A stretch of 64,000 bases of DNA from an uncultured delta proteobacterium (GCA_963705165.1 CAVPJD010000020.1:12155-76154), one strand, 5' to 3'. Positions 1-11,434 are shown, counted from the first letter of the stretch. The notes: generated by a model not told the origin, from the sequence alone. Translations and numbers: made by a program.

Positions 1-1170
1 CGGGCCCTCTTCGAAATCTACCGGGAGGGCGATGCCCTGGGCAGCCCCTTTTTCTTCCCGAAGCCGCTGCTGCGGATGACGGAGGACTTCTTCGAGACAC
101 CCGGCCACGAGGATTTTCTTTTGCAGGTCTGCGGGGTGGCAGCCGAGAAGGGGAACCCCCATTTCATCTTCGACCGCAACCGGACCCACAAGGTCCTGCG
201 GTGCTTGAGCCTCGACTTCGAAAGCGACGGCCAGGCGCGCAAGGAAGCCCAAAAGCCCTGGGAGATGCGCTATGCCTCCATCCAGAACGTGACGCTCAAT
301 CTCCCGAGGCTGGGATACCTTGCCGAGGGCAATGACGCGCACCTTTTTTCCCTTATCTCGGAGCGCATGGAGATCGTCGCCAGGGCGCACGCCCAGAAAA
401 GGCAGTTCATCGAGAGGCTCCTCGCCATCGGTGACGGAGGCCCCCTGGCTCTGCTGTCCATGGACTGCGCAGGGTCGGCTTATCTGAAACTGGACCGGGC
501 CACCTATCTCATCGGGATGGTGGGGCTCAACGAGCTCGTGCAGCTCCACCGGGGAGCACAGCTTCATGAGGACGAAAAAGCATTGAAGTTCGGGCTCAAG
601 ATCCTCGGCCACATCCAGAAGATGGCGGCCAGGCTGGGACGGCAGCACGGCATGCGGTTCATTCTCGAGCAGACCCCTGCCGAGAGCACCGCCTACCGGT
701 TCGCCAGGCTCGACCTCAAGTACCACTCCCCCCGGTCGGGACATCTTGTCCGGGGCGACATCGCCCGGGGCGAGATGTACTACACGAACTCGACGCAGCT
801 CAACATCGCCGCCAAAACGGACCCCTTCAGTCGAGTCAGGAGCGAGGGCATCTTCCACCCCCTCATTGGCGGCAATGCCATCACGTCGATCTGGCTTGGG
901 GAATCCAAACCTTCCGCCGAGGCACTGGCCCGATTCACCACGATGGCTTTTCGCGAAACGACGAGCAGCCAGATCGTCTTCTCTCCCGAATTCACGGTCT
1001 GTTTGGCCTGCCGGCAGACGGTGCGCGGCCTCAAGACGGCCTGCCCCGGCTGCGGCTCAACCCGCATAGAGGGAATCAGCCGCGTCGGCGGGTACCTCAC
1101 CCACACCTCCCGCCTGAACCGGGGAAAAGTCGCCGAGCTTCGCGACACGTACCGGCAAGACATCTCTTGA
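1..1170 (+). CDS. nrdD: Anaerobic (class III) ribonucleoside-triphosphate reductase, 5'-truncated by the window edge
   Basis: Frame open from base 1. Motifs QNVTLNLPRL, IGMVGLNE, EQTPAESTAYRFA and YYTNST; C-terminal CxxC..CxxC followed by glycyl-radical-type RVGGY. Confidence 0.9.
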   Translation, partial: RALFEIYREGDALGSPFFFPKPLLRMTEDFFETPGHEDFLLQVCGVAAEKGNPHFIFDRNRTHKVLRCLSLDFESDGQARKEAQKPWEMRYASIQNVTLNLPRLGYLAEGNDAHLFSLISERMEIVARAHAQKRQFIERLLAIGDGGPLALLSMDCAGSAYLKLDRATYLIGMVGLNELVQLHRGAQLHEDEKALKFGLKILGHIQKMAARLGRQHGMRFILEQTPAESTAYRFARLDLKYHSPRSGHLVRGDIARGEMYYTNSTQLNIAAKTDPFSRVRSEGIFHPLIGGNAITSIWLGESKPSAEALARFTTMAFRETTSSQIVFSPEFTVCLACRQTVRGLKTACPGCGSTRIEGISRVGGYLTHTSRLNRGKVAELRDTYRQDIS

Positions 1171-1282
1171 TGCCTGTTGGTAAGCGATCCTGGGCCTTTG
1201 ATTGAAGCCGGGGAGGCGATGATTTTCGTCGTCTGCCCCCGATCCTCGATCCTTAAATCTGCTTTTATCTTCCCGGGTTCCC

Positions 1283-1311
1283 TTGACATCCCCCCGACGG
1301 ATGCCTAAATT
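1283..1311 (+). promoter_or_regulatory. Putative sigma70 promoter for gmhA-grpE-dnaK
   Basis: TTGACA (1283) - 17 bp - TAAATT (1306). Confidence 0.55.
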
Positions 1312-1433
1312 TGACATCGAGGATGCCGGAAGCAGCCGGCGCCCAGAAAAAACCCCAATTAAATCAGCCAGCTGGAAGAGAAACCCCCGCGAGGGACGTG
1401 AGCAGACGCTATTATCTTTGCAGGGAGACCCGG

Positions 1434-2027
1434 ATGGAGAAAATCGACGACATCATCAAGCGGATCTTCCGTGAAAGCAGCCAGATCAAAGAGGCCTTCC
1501 TGCGGGATAACCTGGAAAAGATCATCCGGGCCGTCGATGTCATCACGGAAGCCCTGAAGAAAGGCAACAAGGTCCTGCTGTTCGGCAACGGCGGCAGCGC
1601 TGCCGACGCGCAGCACATCGCCGGGGAGTTTGTGAACCGGTTTCTCATCGAGCGGCCGCCCCTGCCTGCCATTGCACTGACGACGGACACCTCGGTCCTC
1701 ACGAGCATCGGCAACGACTACGATTTCTCGGAAATCTTCTCCAAGCAGATCAGGGCCCTCGGTCAGGAGGGGGACATCGCCTGGGGGTTCAGCACGAGCG
1801 GCGGCTCCGTTAATGTCGTGAAGGCCCTGGAGACGGCAAAGAAAATGGGGCTTGTGACGATCGGGTTCACGGGGCGCGATGGCGGGGCGGTTGGAATGAT
1901 CTCGGATTGCCATCTCAATGTGCCTTCCAACGTAACCCCCCGGGTCCAGGAAGTGCACATCGTTGTTTCGCACGCCATCTGCGAACTCGTGGACTGGCGG
2001 CTGTTCCAGCGGACCGACGCCCGATAA
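1434..2027 (+). CDS. gmhA: D-sedoheptulose 7-phosphate isomerase
   Basis: Motifs GNGGSAADAQH, NDYDF..IFSKQ, STSG and RVQEVH; GGGAG upstream of the ATG at 1434. Confidence 0.95.
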   Translation: MEKIDDIIKRIFRESSQIKEAFLRDNLEKIIRAVDVITEALKKGNKVLLFGNGGSAADAQHIAGEFVNRFLIERPPLPAIALTTDTSVLTSIGNDYDFSEIFSKQIRALGQEGDIAWGFSTSGGSVNVVKALETAKKMGLVTIGFTGRDGGAVGMISDCHLNVPSNVTPRVQEVHIVVSHAICELVDWRLFQRTDAR

Positions 2028-2055
2028 CGAGAAAAGGAAGAGAACCCGGACGGAC

Positions 2056-2667
2056 ATGGGCAGTAAAGCGAAACACAAAAAGGATCACGAAGCCCCTCCC
2101 CAGCAGGAACCGCAGGAGGCGGCACAGACCGGAATGCCCGCGGAAGGGGATGCAACGCAGACCGGTCAGGCGGTGGATCTGCACGCAAGCCTGGAAGCGA
2201 AGGAAAAGGAAGCCTCGGAGAATTACGACCGGTACCTGCGGGCCATGGCGGAGTTGGACAACTACCGCAAGAGGGCGGCCAGGGACAAGGAAGACGCGAT
2301 CAAATACGGAAACGAGAAGCTGATCAAGGACATCCTGCCCATCATGGACAGCCTCGACCGGGCCCTCCACCAGGCATCGGAGGTGTCGGTACGGAACAAC
2401 TTCGAGGCCTTCCAGCAGGGACTCGAACTCATCCACTCCCAGATCCTGGGGTGCCTGGAGCGGCACGGGGTGGCGAAGATCGCGGCAAAAGGGGAGGAAT
2501 TCGACCCGGAGAGGCATCAGGCCCTCATGCAGGTGGAGACACCGGAGATGGAGGGCAACCGGGTTGTAGACGAATACGAGAGCGGATACACGCTGAACGG
2601 TCGGCTTCTGCGGCCCTCCAAGGTCTCCGTTTCTAAAAGCGTCCCGAAAGAGGATGAGGGAAAATAA
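2056..2667 (+). CDS. grpE: Nucleotide exchange factor GrpE
   Basis: Motifs AELDNYRKR, FDPERHQA and GYTLNGRLLRPSKVSV; directly upstream of dnaK. Confidence 0.95.
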   Translation: MGSKAKHKKDHEAPPQQEPQEAAQTGMPAEGDATQTGQAVDLHASLEAKEKEASENYDRYLRAMAELDNYRKRAARDKEDAIKYGNEKLIKDILPIMDSLDRALHQASEVSVRNNFEAFQQGLELIHSQILGCLERHGVAKIAAKGEEFDPERHQALMQVETPEMEGNRVVDEYESGYTLNGRLLRPSKVSVSKSVPKEDEGK

Positions 2668-2703
2668 CCAAGCACTTCGAGCAGTACGGGAGGTTTGAGT
2701 ATC

Positions 2704-4620
<1,917 letters not shown>

Positions 4621-4632
4621 CGCAGTTTCAAC

Positions 4633-4673
4633 AAAAAGCCTGACTCCCCCATACGGGGCAGTCAGGCTTTTTT
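4633..4673 (+). terminator. Intrinsic terminator after dnaK
   Basis: AAAAAGCCTGACT...AGTCAGGCTTTTTT hairpin followed by a T-run. Confidence 0.85.
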
Positions 4674-4823
4674 CGTTGAAGCGGGCATCAGGCTTCAGGC
4701 AACAGGCATCGGGAACGGAATCTTCGGAATCATGGAATGACGAGTCCGGTGGATTCGGTGAACGGCCTGAGGCGGGAAGGACCTGTTGAAATATCCACGC
4801 GAAAGGGTATATAGAAACAAAAG

Positions 4824-6011
4824 ATGATAAAAAAACCCTTCCAGATTCTTTCACTTGCATCGGCGATACTGCTCCTCGCCGCGGGGATCGCCGCAGCGGC
4901 CGGAGAGCAGCCCGTGATCGGGGCCCTGCTTCCTCTCTCCGGGAAACAGGCAGCCCTGGGAAACCGTGTCCTCGACGGGCTCATCGCCGGGTTTGGTCTT
5001 TTCGACAAGCGGCGGCCGGCCCCCATTGAGCTTCGCATCGAAAACTACGGAAGCGACCCCGCCGCCATCCATCGGGCCGTTGCAAAGCTTGCGGACGAGG
5101 TTCGCGTTCTCGCCATCATCGGTCCCCCGGAATTCGAAGCGGCCAGGGAAGCTGCTAAAGCGGCCCAATCGGCGCAGGTGCCCCTGCTTGCATTGAGCCC
5201 CGTCGTTGCGTCCGAGGGGCCGAGGGATTTCGTCTTCAGCGACCAGCGTTCCGACGAGCGGGAGGCCCGGACCATGGCCTCTTATGCCGTCAAGGACCTC
5301 GGCCTGTCCCGCATGGTCGTCTTCTACCCCGAGAATGCCTACGGAGCGGCCATGATGACCGCCTTCCGGGAGGAGGTCCAGCGCCTGGGCGGGAAGATCC
5401 GCCGTGTTCAGTCCTACAAGCCGGACCAGACGGATTTCTCCGGTGAGATCAAGAAACTGGCAGCCATCAGGACGCCCCGGCCCTCAACGAAAAAGAAGGG
5501 AGCCGAGGCGGTAAAAGCCCCGCTCCCTGTCCTCGATTTTGATGCCCTCTATCTGCCGGATGCCTTCCGGCGCGTGAGGATGATCCTCCCCCAGCTTGCC
5601 TTTCACGACGTCAGGGGCGTCCAGCTTCTCGGCACCTCCCAGTGGTACGTCCCCGAAGGGATTCGCAAGGAGATGGACTATTTCGAGGGCTCCGTACTGA
5701 CGGCACCCTTCTTCGCGGAAAGCAGCAAACGGCTGGTGATAGACTTCACGGACACCCTCTTCGGGGCCACGGGGCGGGAACCGGATTACCGCGAAGCGCT
5801 GGCCTATGACACGGCACGGATGCTCCTGGGGGCCCTGCGCGACAGGAGCGTCACGGACCGCAAATCGCTGAGGGACCGCCTGCAGCGGATCGAGGCCTTC
5901 GAGGGCGTGACAGGCTCGGTGAGCATGACGAAGACGGGGGAAATGCAGCGGAGGTCCTTCATCCTGAAAGTGGAGGGGAAGCAGATCGTGGATGTAACCC
6001 CGGCATACTAA
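4824..6011 (+). CDS. LppC/LpoA-like periplasmic binding-fold protein (penicillin-binding protein activator family)
   Basis: Signal peptide; motifs IGALLPLSG, AIIGP, DALYLPD, ALAYD and FEGVTG of type-1 periplasmic binding fold. Confidence 0.7.
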   Translation: MIKKPFQILSLASAILLLAAGIAAAAGEQPVIGALLPLSGKQAALGNRVLDGLIAGFGLFDKRRPAPIELRIENYGSDPAAIHRAVAKLADEVRVLAIIGPPEFEAAREAAKAAQSAQVPLLALSPVVASEGPRDFVFSDQRSDEREARTMASYAVKDLGLSRMVVFYPENAYGAAMMTAFREEVQRLGGKIRRVQSYKPDQTDFSGEIKKLAAIRTPRPSTKKKGAEAVKAPLPVLDFDALYLPDAFRRVRMILPQLAFHDVRGVQLLGTSQWYVPEGIRKEMDYFEGSVLTAPFFAESSKRLVIDFTDTLFGATGREPDYREALAYDTARMLLGALRDRSVTDRKSLRDRLQRIEAFEGVTGSVSMTKTGEMQRRSFILKVEGKQIVDVTPAY

Positions 6012-6074
6012 AAAAAGGGGTTCGGGTCTTGGGAATCGGGTATCGGGAATAAATAATATTCAGGTAAATAGCAG

Positions 6075-6845
6075 ATGAGATTTTTGCTGACTAACGATGA
6101 CGGGATCTATGCCAAGGGGTTGGGGGCTCTGTACCAGGAACTGTCGAAGGATGCCGACTGCATCGTGGTGGCCCCCGAAGTGGAGCAGAGCGCCGTGGGG
6201 CACGCCATTACCATCTCTCGGCCTCTCATGGTGCGCCCCGCAAGAAAAAACGGACAGTTCATGGGCTGGGCCGTGGCGGGGACGCCTGCAGACTGTGTCA
6301 AGATCGGGCTGCGTGAGCTGACGGACAAGCCGGTCGATCTGGTCGTATCGGGGATCAACCTCGGGGCCAACGTGGGAATCAACGTCCTTTATTCCGGGAC
6401 CGTCTCCGCCGCGACAGAGGGTGCGATCCTGGGGGTCCCCTCGATCGCCATCTCGCTCGGGACGCATAGCCGCGATGCCGATTTCGGCTTCGCCGCCCGC
6501 TTTGCCCGGAAAGTGGCGCAATTCATGCTCCATCACAACCCGAACCGGCACATCCCGCTGAACGTGAACGTCCCCGCCATCCCGGAGGACCAGATCAAGG
6601 GGGTGGCCGTCACCCGCCAGGGACAGGCCCGGCTCATGGAGCAGTTCGAACGGCGCACCGACCCCCGGGAGAACGTCTATTACTGGCTTGCCGGCGAAAC
6701 GCAGATCACCGAATCGGCTGCTGAAGGGACAGATTTCCTGGCCCTGCAAAGCGGCATGATCTCCATCACCCCCATCTACTACGACATGACCAGGCACGAC
6801 GCTCTCGAAGGGTTAAGGGCCAAGATCGAGCATCTTGAGCCTTAG
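6075..6845 (+). CDS. surE: 5'/3'-nucleotidase SurE
   Basis: Motifs LLTNDDG, GTPADCV, SGINLGAN and YSGTVSAATEG. Confidence 0.97.
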   Translation: MRFLLTNDDGIYAKGLGALYQELSKDADCIVVAPEVEQSAVGHAITISRPLMVRPARKNGQFMGWAVAGTPADCVKIGLRELTDKPVDLVVSGINLGANVGINVLYSGTVSAATEGAILGVPSIAISLGTHSRDADFGFAARFARKVAQFMLHHNPNRHIPLNVNVPAIPEDQIKGVAVTRQGQARLMEQFERRTDPRENVYYWLAGETQITESAAEGTDFLALQSGMISITPIYYDMTRHDALEGLRAKIEHLEP

Positions 6846-6860
6846 CGAAGCGCAGTTGAC

Positions 6861-6940
6861 TGGAATACTGGAGTGATGGAATATTGGGTTCCGAAGACAA
6901 TCCCAAGAAACCCATTATTCCAACATTCCATTACTCCATT
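6861..6940. repeat. Inverted pair of degenerate 8-mer tandem repeats between convergent genes
   Basis: TGGAATAC/TGGAGTGA/TGGAATAT arm versus ATTATTCC/AACATTCC/ATTACTCC arm; can fold into a long hairpin. Confidence 0.75.
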
Positions 6941-7778
6941 AACGCGTCAGCAGGACGGGGATGCGGCTCTTGCGGATGATGTGGGAGGTGGTGCTCCCGA
7001 TGAGGAGTTCCTTGAACCGGCTGTGCCCGCGGGCCCCCATCAGCAGAAGCTCTACGGCCCCCTCCTCGATGAACCGGAGGATCTCCTTTTCCTCTTTCCC
7101 CCCCAGGACGATGATGTCGCTGTCGATGGCGTAATCCTCGAGGGCGCTCTCCACTCTCTGGCTGAGATCGGCCGAGAGTTTCACGTTGTCCGTCACGATG
7201 AGCACCGTGAGCGGCCATCGGATCTTGTCGGAGAGTTCGGCGGCGATCTTGAGGGCGTGATCGGCGGGAGGGCTTCCGTCGTAGGCAAGGCCCATGCTCT
7301 CGATCTCGATGAAGGAGACGGGGGTCACCAGGACGGGCTTGCCGGACTTTCGCACCACCGCCTCGGCCGTGGAGCCCAGCAGCACGCTGCGGCTCAGCGG
7401 ATAGTGCTCGCCCCGCTGCGCGAGCACGATGAGGTCCGCGTTTTTCCCCTCGTGGATGATCTCTTCGTCAATGATCCCCGCGGTTTTCTTCACCTCGGGC
7501 TTGAGCCCTTCCTTTTCGCAGCTCTCCCGGAATTCTCGCAGGATATTGTCGGCCCTCGCCTCGAGGGCCTTTTCGATGACGGAGAAAAATTCCGGGCCCG
7601 GGGAGAGGCTCGCGGAGCTGCAGATGTCATTGAGGACGGGTCCCTGGAGCACCTTGATATCGATGACATGAAGACCCGTGAGACGGGCGTCGAGTTTTCT
7701 GGCGATGCTTATGCCGTACTGGAGGGCCGTCCTGCTGTAATCGGAGCCATCCGTGGGAAGGAGGATGTTCTGGAACAT
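6939..7778 (-). CDS. Universal stress protein (two USP domains)
   Basis: Motifs ILLPTDGS, LLGSTAEAVVRKS, AYDGS and MGARG..LLIGSTT. Confidence 0.93.
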   Translation of the reverse strand: MFQNILLPTDGSDYSRTALQYGISIARKLDARLTGLHVIDIKVLQGPVLNDICSSASLSPGPEFFSVIEKALEARADNILREFRESCEKEGLKPEVKKTAGIIDEEIIHEGKNADLIVLAQRGEHYPLSRSVLLGSTAEAVVRKSGKPVLVTPVSFIEIESMGLAYDGSPPADHALKIAAELSDKIRWPLTVLIVTDNVKLSADLSQRVESALEDYAIDSDIIVLGGKEEKEILRFIEEGAVELLLMGARGHSRFKELLIGSTTSHIIRKSRIPVLLTR

Positions 7779-8503
7779 CAGTCTTCCTCCTCGTCATCCT
7801 CTTGATCTTTGACCTTGATCGTCTCGGCTTGATCTTCGACCTTCTTCTCGAAGTCGCCCAGCTTCCTGAGCATCCGGTCGAACTCGTTCTCGTCGAGGTC
7901 CTCGTCTCCCTGTCCGTCGTATGCGGCCGCCGCCGCGCCCCCGAGCAGCGCGAAGGCCCCGATCAGTTTTCCGTTCCTGAAGGTTGCCCGCTCCAGGATC
8001 TGCCCGTTGCGGTCATGGGCCACGTAGGACCCTTCCCGCTTGTCATTGCGAAAACTCCCTTTCTCCCGGATCTGCCCGTCCCGGTAGTAGGAGACGTAAT
8101 CCCCGTCGAATTTCCCGTCCTGGAAGCTTTCCTGTTCCTTCAGCTGGCCGTTGCGGTAATAGAGGAGGTACTCGCCCTCGAGTTTTCCGTCCCGGTTGTA
8201 ATTCTCCTTCTCCCGAAGCTGCCCCGTCTCATAGTAGGAGGTGTACTCGCCGACGAGCCTGTCCTTCTCGAAGGTGCACTTTTCCCGGATCTTGCCGTCG
8301 CGGTAATGGGAGACCGCCTCCCCATGCCTCTGCCCGTCCTTGTAGGACATCCTCACGATGAGCTGTCCGTTCTCGTAATACGATTCGTACGTGCCGTTGA
8401 GCTTCCCTCCGAGGCTGTTGCGCTTTTCCCGGAGCTGCCCCTTTCCATAGCGGGAGACATGCTCCCCATCCTTTCTTTTCGGGGCAAAGAGATCCCAGTT
8501 CAT
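7778..8503 (-). CDS. MORN-variant repeat protein (YwqK-like) with acidic C-terminal tail
   Basis: About six 24-aa repeats of type GxYxSYYxNGQLRE; its stop overlaps the USP start (TGATG). Confidence 0.85.
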   Translation of the reverse strand: MNWDLFAPKRKDGEHVSRYGKGQLREKRNSLGGKLNGTYESYYENGQLIVRMSYKDGQRHGEAVSHYRDGKIREKCTFEKDRLVGEYTSYYETGQLREKENYNRDGKLEGEYLLYYRNGQLKEQESFQDGKFDGDYVSYYRDGQIREKGSFRNDKREGSYVAHDRNGQILERATFRNGKLIGAFALLGGAAAAAYDGQGDEDLDENEFDRMLRKLGDFEKKVEDQAETIKVKDQEDDEEED

Positions 8504-8567
8504 GGATACCCGGTTCTTTTTCGTTGAGGATTTAAAATAGGGTCGGATGCGAGACGCCGTTGAACGC

Positions 8568-8668
8568 AGAGGGTAAGAAGGTTTGAGGGTAAGAAGGTCG
8601 GAAAGTCTGAGAGCGTACGTTTGACTGTCGGCTTCTCCAACCTTCTCACCCTCTTACCCTCTCACCTT
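8568..8668. repeat. Inverted 8-mer tandem repeat arms (GAGGGTAA/GAAGGT.. versus CTTACCCT/CTCACCTT)
   Basis: Read directly; near-identical organisation at 40113-40215. Confidence 0.75.
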
Positions 8669-8707
8669 CGCTTTTTCCGGGATGGGCCGCCATAAGGCGC
8701 TCAGCCG

Positions 8708-10096
8708 CTACAGTCCCAGTTCCTTGCGCACCTTCTCCACCGGGAAAAAGATTGCGTCCGGGCCCTTGAGTCCCCTGCGCAGGGCGCGCTCGTTTTGGTT
8801 CTCGAAATCCTTCAGAAGGTCGATCAACCGTCTTTTCCCCTCGGGGGTCTTGACGGCTTCCCGCGGGGTGATGTTGCCGATGGCCGCGATTTTCTCGTCG
8901 ATCCAGTTGTCGAACGGACGCAAGGCCGTCTCCCGGCTCATCGCACCCCCTTCACCGGAATCGGGAGATCCTTCCGACGGAGCTTTTTCGGCCCGCTTCT
9001 CGACGCTCTTGTGGATCGTCGTCCTGTAGGTGATGATCGTACCGAACATCTTTTCGAGGATGGCGCGCAGGGTTTCCGCCCGCTTTGCCGACGAACACTG
9101 GGCCACGAGGGAATCCCGCTTGAGGAAGAGGATGCCCGGGGCATTTTTGAGAGGCCCCTTCATCCCTTCCTTGTGGAGCCAGTAGAAGCGAAGCACCTTC
9201 GCCGGCGCGCTCGCTCCCGGTTTCCGCAACTCGGAAGCCTTGAAGACCGGCGACTTTTCGATGGTCTTCAGAAAGGCGTCGCAGTCCCCCACCCGGAAGA
9301 GGAGGCTGGTCTGGGAACATTTGTCCGCCTCGGGGTCGGCGGGTGTCTCAGGCCGCTCGGCGCTGCGGACGGCGTTCTCGACGAGGGCACAGATCTCCGC
9401 AGAGGCCCGTTTCATGTAGTCGCGAAAATTCCGGTAGTTCTCCCGCTCCTCGTGGTAGATTTCATTGAGGTTCTGCTCGGTGAAACCCCGGAGCCTCTGG
9501 GGGATGATGGTGAGCGGCATGCCGCCCAGGAGGTGATGCCCGAGGATCTCGATGAGACCGCCATAAAACAGATCCCACTTACAGAGAGTCTTCGCGGCGG
9601 CCGGGTCGACAATGCTGCAGGCCCGGTCGGCAAAGATATCCCGGACCTCGACGCCCTTGCCCGGATCGACACTTTGGACCTCGTAGACGCTCAGCACGGA
9701 GCGGGCATAACTCTGCAGAATCTCACGCTCCAGCGCGGAGAGCTGATTCTTCCTGCGCTCCAGGTAGATCTCCGGAAAGGTTTTGTCGTACTCGTCGGTG
9801 ACGAAGTGCAGCGAGTACCACGTGAGGAACTTGGAGAACTCTTCCTCGCTCTGGAAATTGTCGTAAAGCTCGTCTTCGTCTTCGCCGTAAACGCCGCGCC
9901 CCTCGAAATACTCGTAAAGGGCGAGTTCGTATTCCTCGTAAAACCGGTCGGAATTGGAAAAACGGGCAAGCCTATAATGGAGATCGGAAATGATCTTCCT
10001 GCAGCGGGCAAGCTCGAAATCGATGATCTGGGCCGCCCGGTTCTCGGTAGAGCTGCCCTGCCCGGCGGAAGAACCGCCGCGATCAACCGTTGACAT
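8708..10096 (-). CDS. Hypothetical protein with C-terminal Xre/MbcA/ParS-like (DUF2384-like) motif
   Basis: 462-aa ORF with GGAGG SD; C-terminal WIDEKIAAIGNITPREAV..GKRRLIDLLK resembles the tail of SEC-C-associated proteins. Confidence 0.6.
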   Translation of the reverse strand: MSTVDRGGSSAGQGSSTENRAAQIIDFELARCRKIISDLHYRLARFSNSDRFYEEYELALYEYFEGRGVYGEDEDELYDNFQSEEEFSKFLTWYSLHFVTDEYDKTFPEIYLERRKNQLSALEREILQSYARSVLSVYEVQSVDPGKGVEVRDIFADRACSIVDPAAAKTLCKWDLFYGGLIEILGHHLLGGMPLTIIPQRLRGFTEQNLNEIYHEERENYRNFRDYMKRASAEICALVENAVRSAERPETPADPEADKCSQTSLLFRVGDCDAFLKTIEKSPVFKASELRKPGASAPAKVLRFYWLHKEGMKGPLKNAPGILFLKRDSLVAQCSSAKRAETLRAILEKMFGTIITYRTTIHKSVEKRAEKAPSEGSPDSGEGGAMSRETALRPFDNWIDEKIAAIGNITPREAVKTPEGKRRLIDLLKDFENQNERALRRGLKGPDAIFFPVEKVRKELGL

Positions 10097-10356
10097 TTTT
10101 TAGTAACCTCCTGTCCAAGTGGAAGATAAAGCCTTTGAGTTACAGGCTGTTGAAAATCTCAGCCTGAATAGAAGGACTCCAACAAGCCTTCCATAAATAA
10201 TATAAGGCTTTACATCCTGATATGACAGACCCCCTTTCGTGTTTGCTACATATCATGGATGCTGAAGATTATCCCATTTCGAGGGGCCTGTCGAGAAAAA
10301 AAAGATGGGTCATTTATTATAAAAAAACAGGTGGTTAGAGCATCGAAAAGGGTCTG

Positions 10357-10365
10357 TTATCCACA
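10357..10365 (+). promoter_or_regulatory. Perfect DnaA box
   Basis: TTATCCACA in an AT-rich intergenic region; function not established. Confidence 0.4.
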
Positions 10366-10390
10366 ATTCCGCGCCTGAGAATCAACCGGC

Positions 10391-10430
10391 AAAAAAAGAG
10401 AGGATCAGGTCTGCCCGGTCCTCCACCTTT
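10391..10430 (-). terminator. Putative terminator after small ORF
   Basis: Minus strand GGAGGACCGGG-CAGA-CCTGATCCTCTC followed by a T-run. Confidence 0.5.
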
Positions 10431-10469
10431 TCGAAGCGATTTGTCGGGACGTTCGCGTTCGCAGGGTAT

Positions 10470-10553
10470 CTACGAGAGGGCTGTGTGGGTCACGGAAAAC
10501 AGAAGAACCGCCATGAGCATCAGCCAGGAAAACCAGTAAATCGCCTTTCTCAT
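10470..10553 (-). CDS. 27-aa hydrophobic small protein (MRKAIYWFSWLMLMAVLLFSVTHTALS)
   Basis: Below the ORF-track cutoff. AGAAAGGAG SD 7 nt before the ATG, one hydrophobic helix, downstream terminator. Confidence 0.55.
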   Translation of the reverse strand: MRKAIYWFSWLMLMAVLLFSVTHTALS

Positions 10554-10722
10554 TCCAGGACTCCTTTCTGTCGCAGTTGGGCGTTCCGGCCTCTTGCGAA
10601 CCGCCGGGAAAGGGAAGTTCGTCCTCCCATAGATCGGATTTATGCGGCAAATCTTGAGGAGCCAGGCCTGATGGAATGAATCCGGTCTCCGTGACCGGCG
10701 ACGATCATCGGGACGAACTCTG

Positions 10723-11286
10723 CTACTTCGTCGCCTCGATGAGCATAAGCGGGGGGACGCTCATGATGGCATACCCTGTACTGACGATACGGAAGATCTC
10801 CTGGAGGGGTACCCTCAGGTGGCCGGGGGGCTGGTAGAAGGTCTGATAGGCGATAAACCGCCCGCCCGGTTTCAGGATGCGGTGGGTACTTTTCAGGAGT
10901 TCGACACGGGCTTTCACCGGAAGGAAGGAAAAGGGGATCCCGGAGAGGACACAGTCCGCCTGACTCGCATCACAGCGACGGACGATGTCGAGGATATTCC
11001 CGGCGCATTCGTTGAAGAGATGGAGCCTCGGGTCCCGGCAGGCTCCCTGCAGAAGGCTGAAAAAAGCCACGTTGCGTTCGATGGCGATCAGGCGGGCTTC
11101 GGGGGCCATCCGCAGCAGCAGGGCCCTGGTGATGACCCCCGTCCCCGGACCGTACTCGATTACGACCTGCGCGCCCTGCAGATCGATCTGCGAGCAGATT
11201 TTCTCCACGGCAAACCGGGATGTGGGCATGACCGAAGCCACATGCCTGTCCTGTAAAAGATTGCTGAGATAAGCGAAAGCGCTCAT
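10723..11286 (-). CDS. Class I SAM-dependent methyltransferase, phospholipid N-methyltransferase (PmtA)-like
   Basis: Motifs VASVMPTS, IEYGPGTGVIT, VLSGIPF and LKPGG..YQ. Confidence 0.8.
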   Translation of the reverse strand: MSAFAYLSNLLQDRHVASVMPTSRFAVEKICSQIDLQGAQVVIEYGPGTGVITRALLLRMAPEARLIAIERNVAFFSLLQGACRDPRLHLFNECAGNILDIVRRCDASQADCVLSGIPFSFLPVKARVELLKSTHRILKPGGRFIAYQTFYQPPGHLRVPLQEIFRIVSTGYAIMSVPPLMLIEATK

Positions 11287-11434
11287 GATAAACCCCTGGG
11301 CGAGTAACTCCACGGCCGAATGAGTAGAGAAGGAAAAGTCCGGTGCGTTTAGTGGAGAGGCTCGTGAAATGAGGACCCGGAATCATGTCACCGGGTCTTT
11401 CCTCCTTGTGGCTTGTGGCCTGCGGCTTGATGCG

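Noticed and set aside
10100..10720. Replication origin
   Set aside because: One perfect DnaA box only, no box cluster, and no dnaA/dnaN/gidA nearby.
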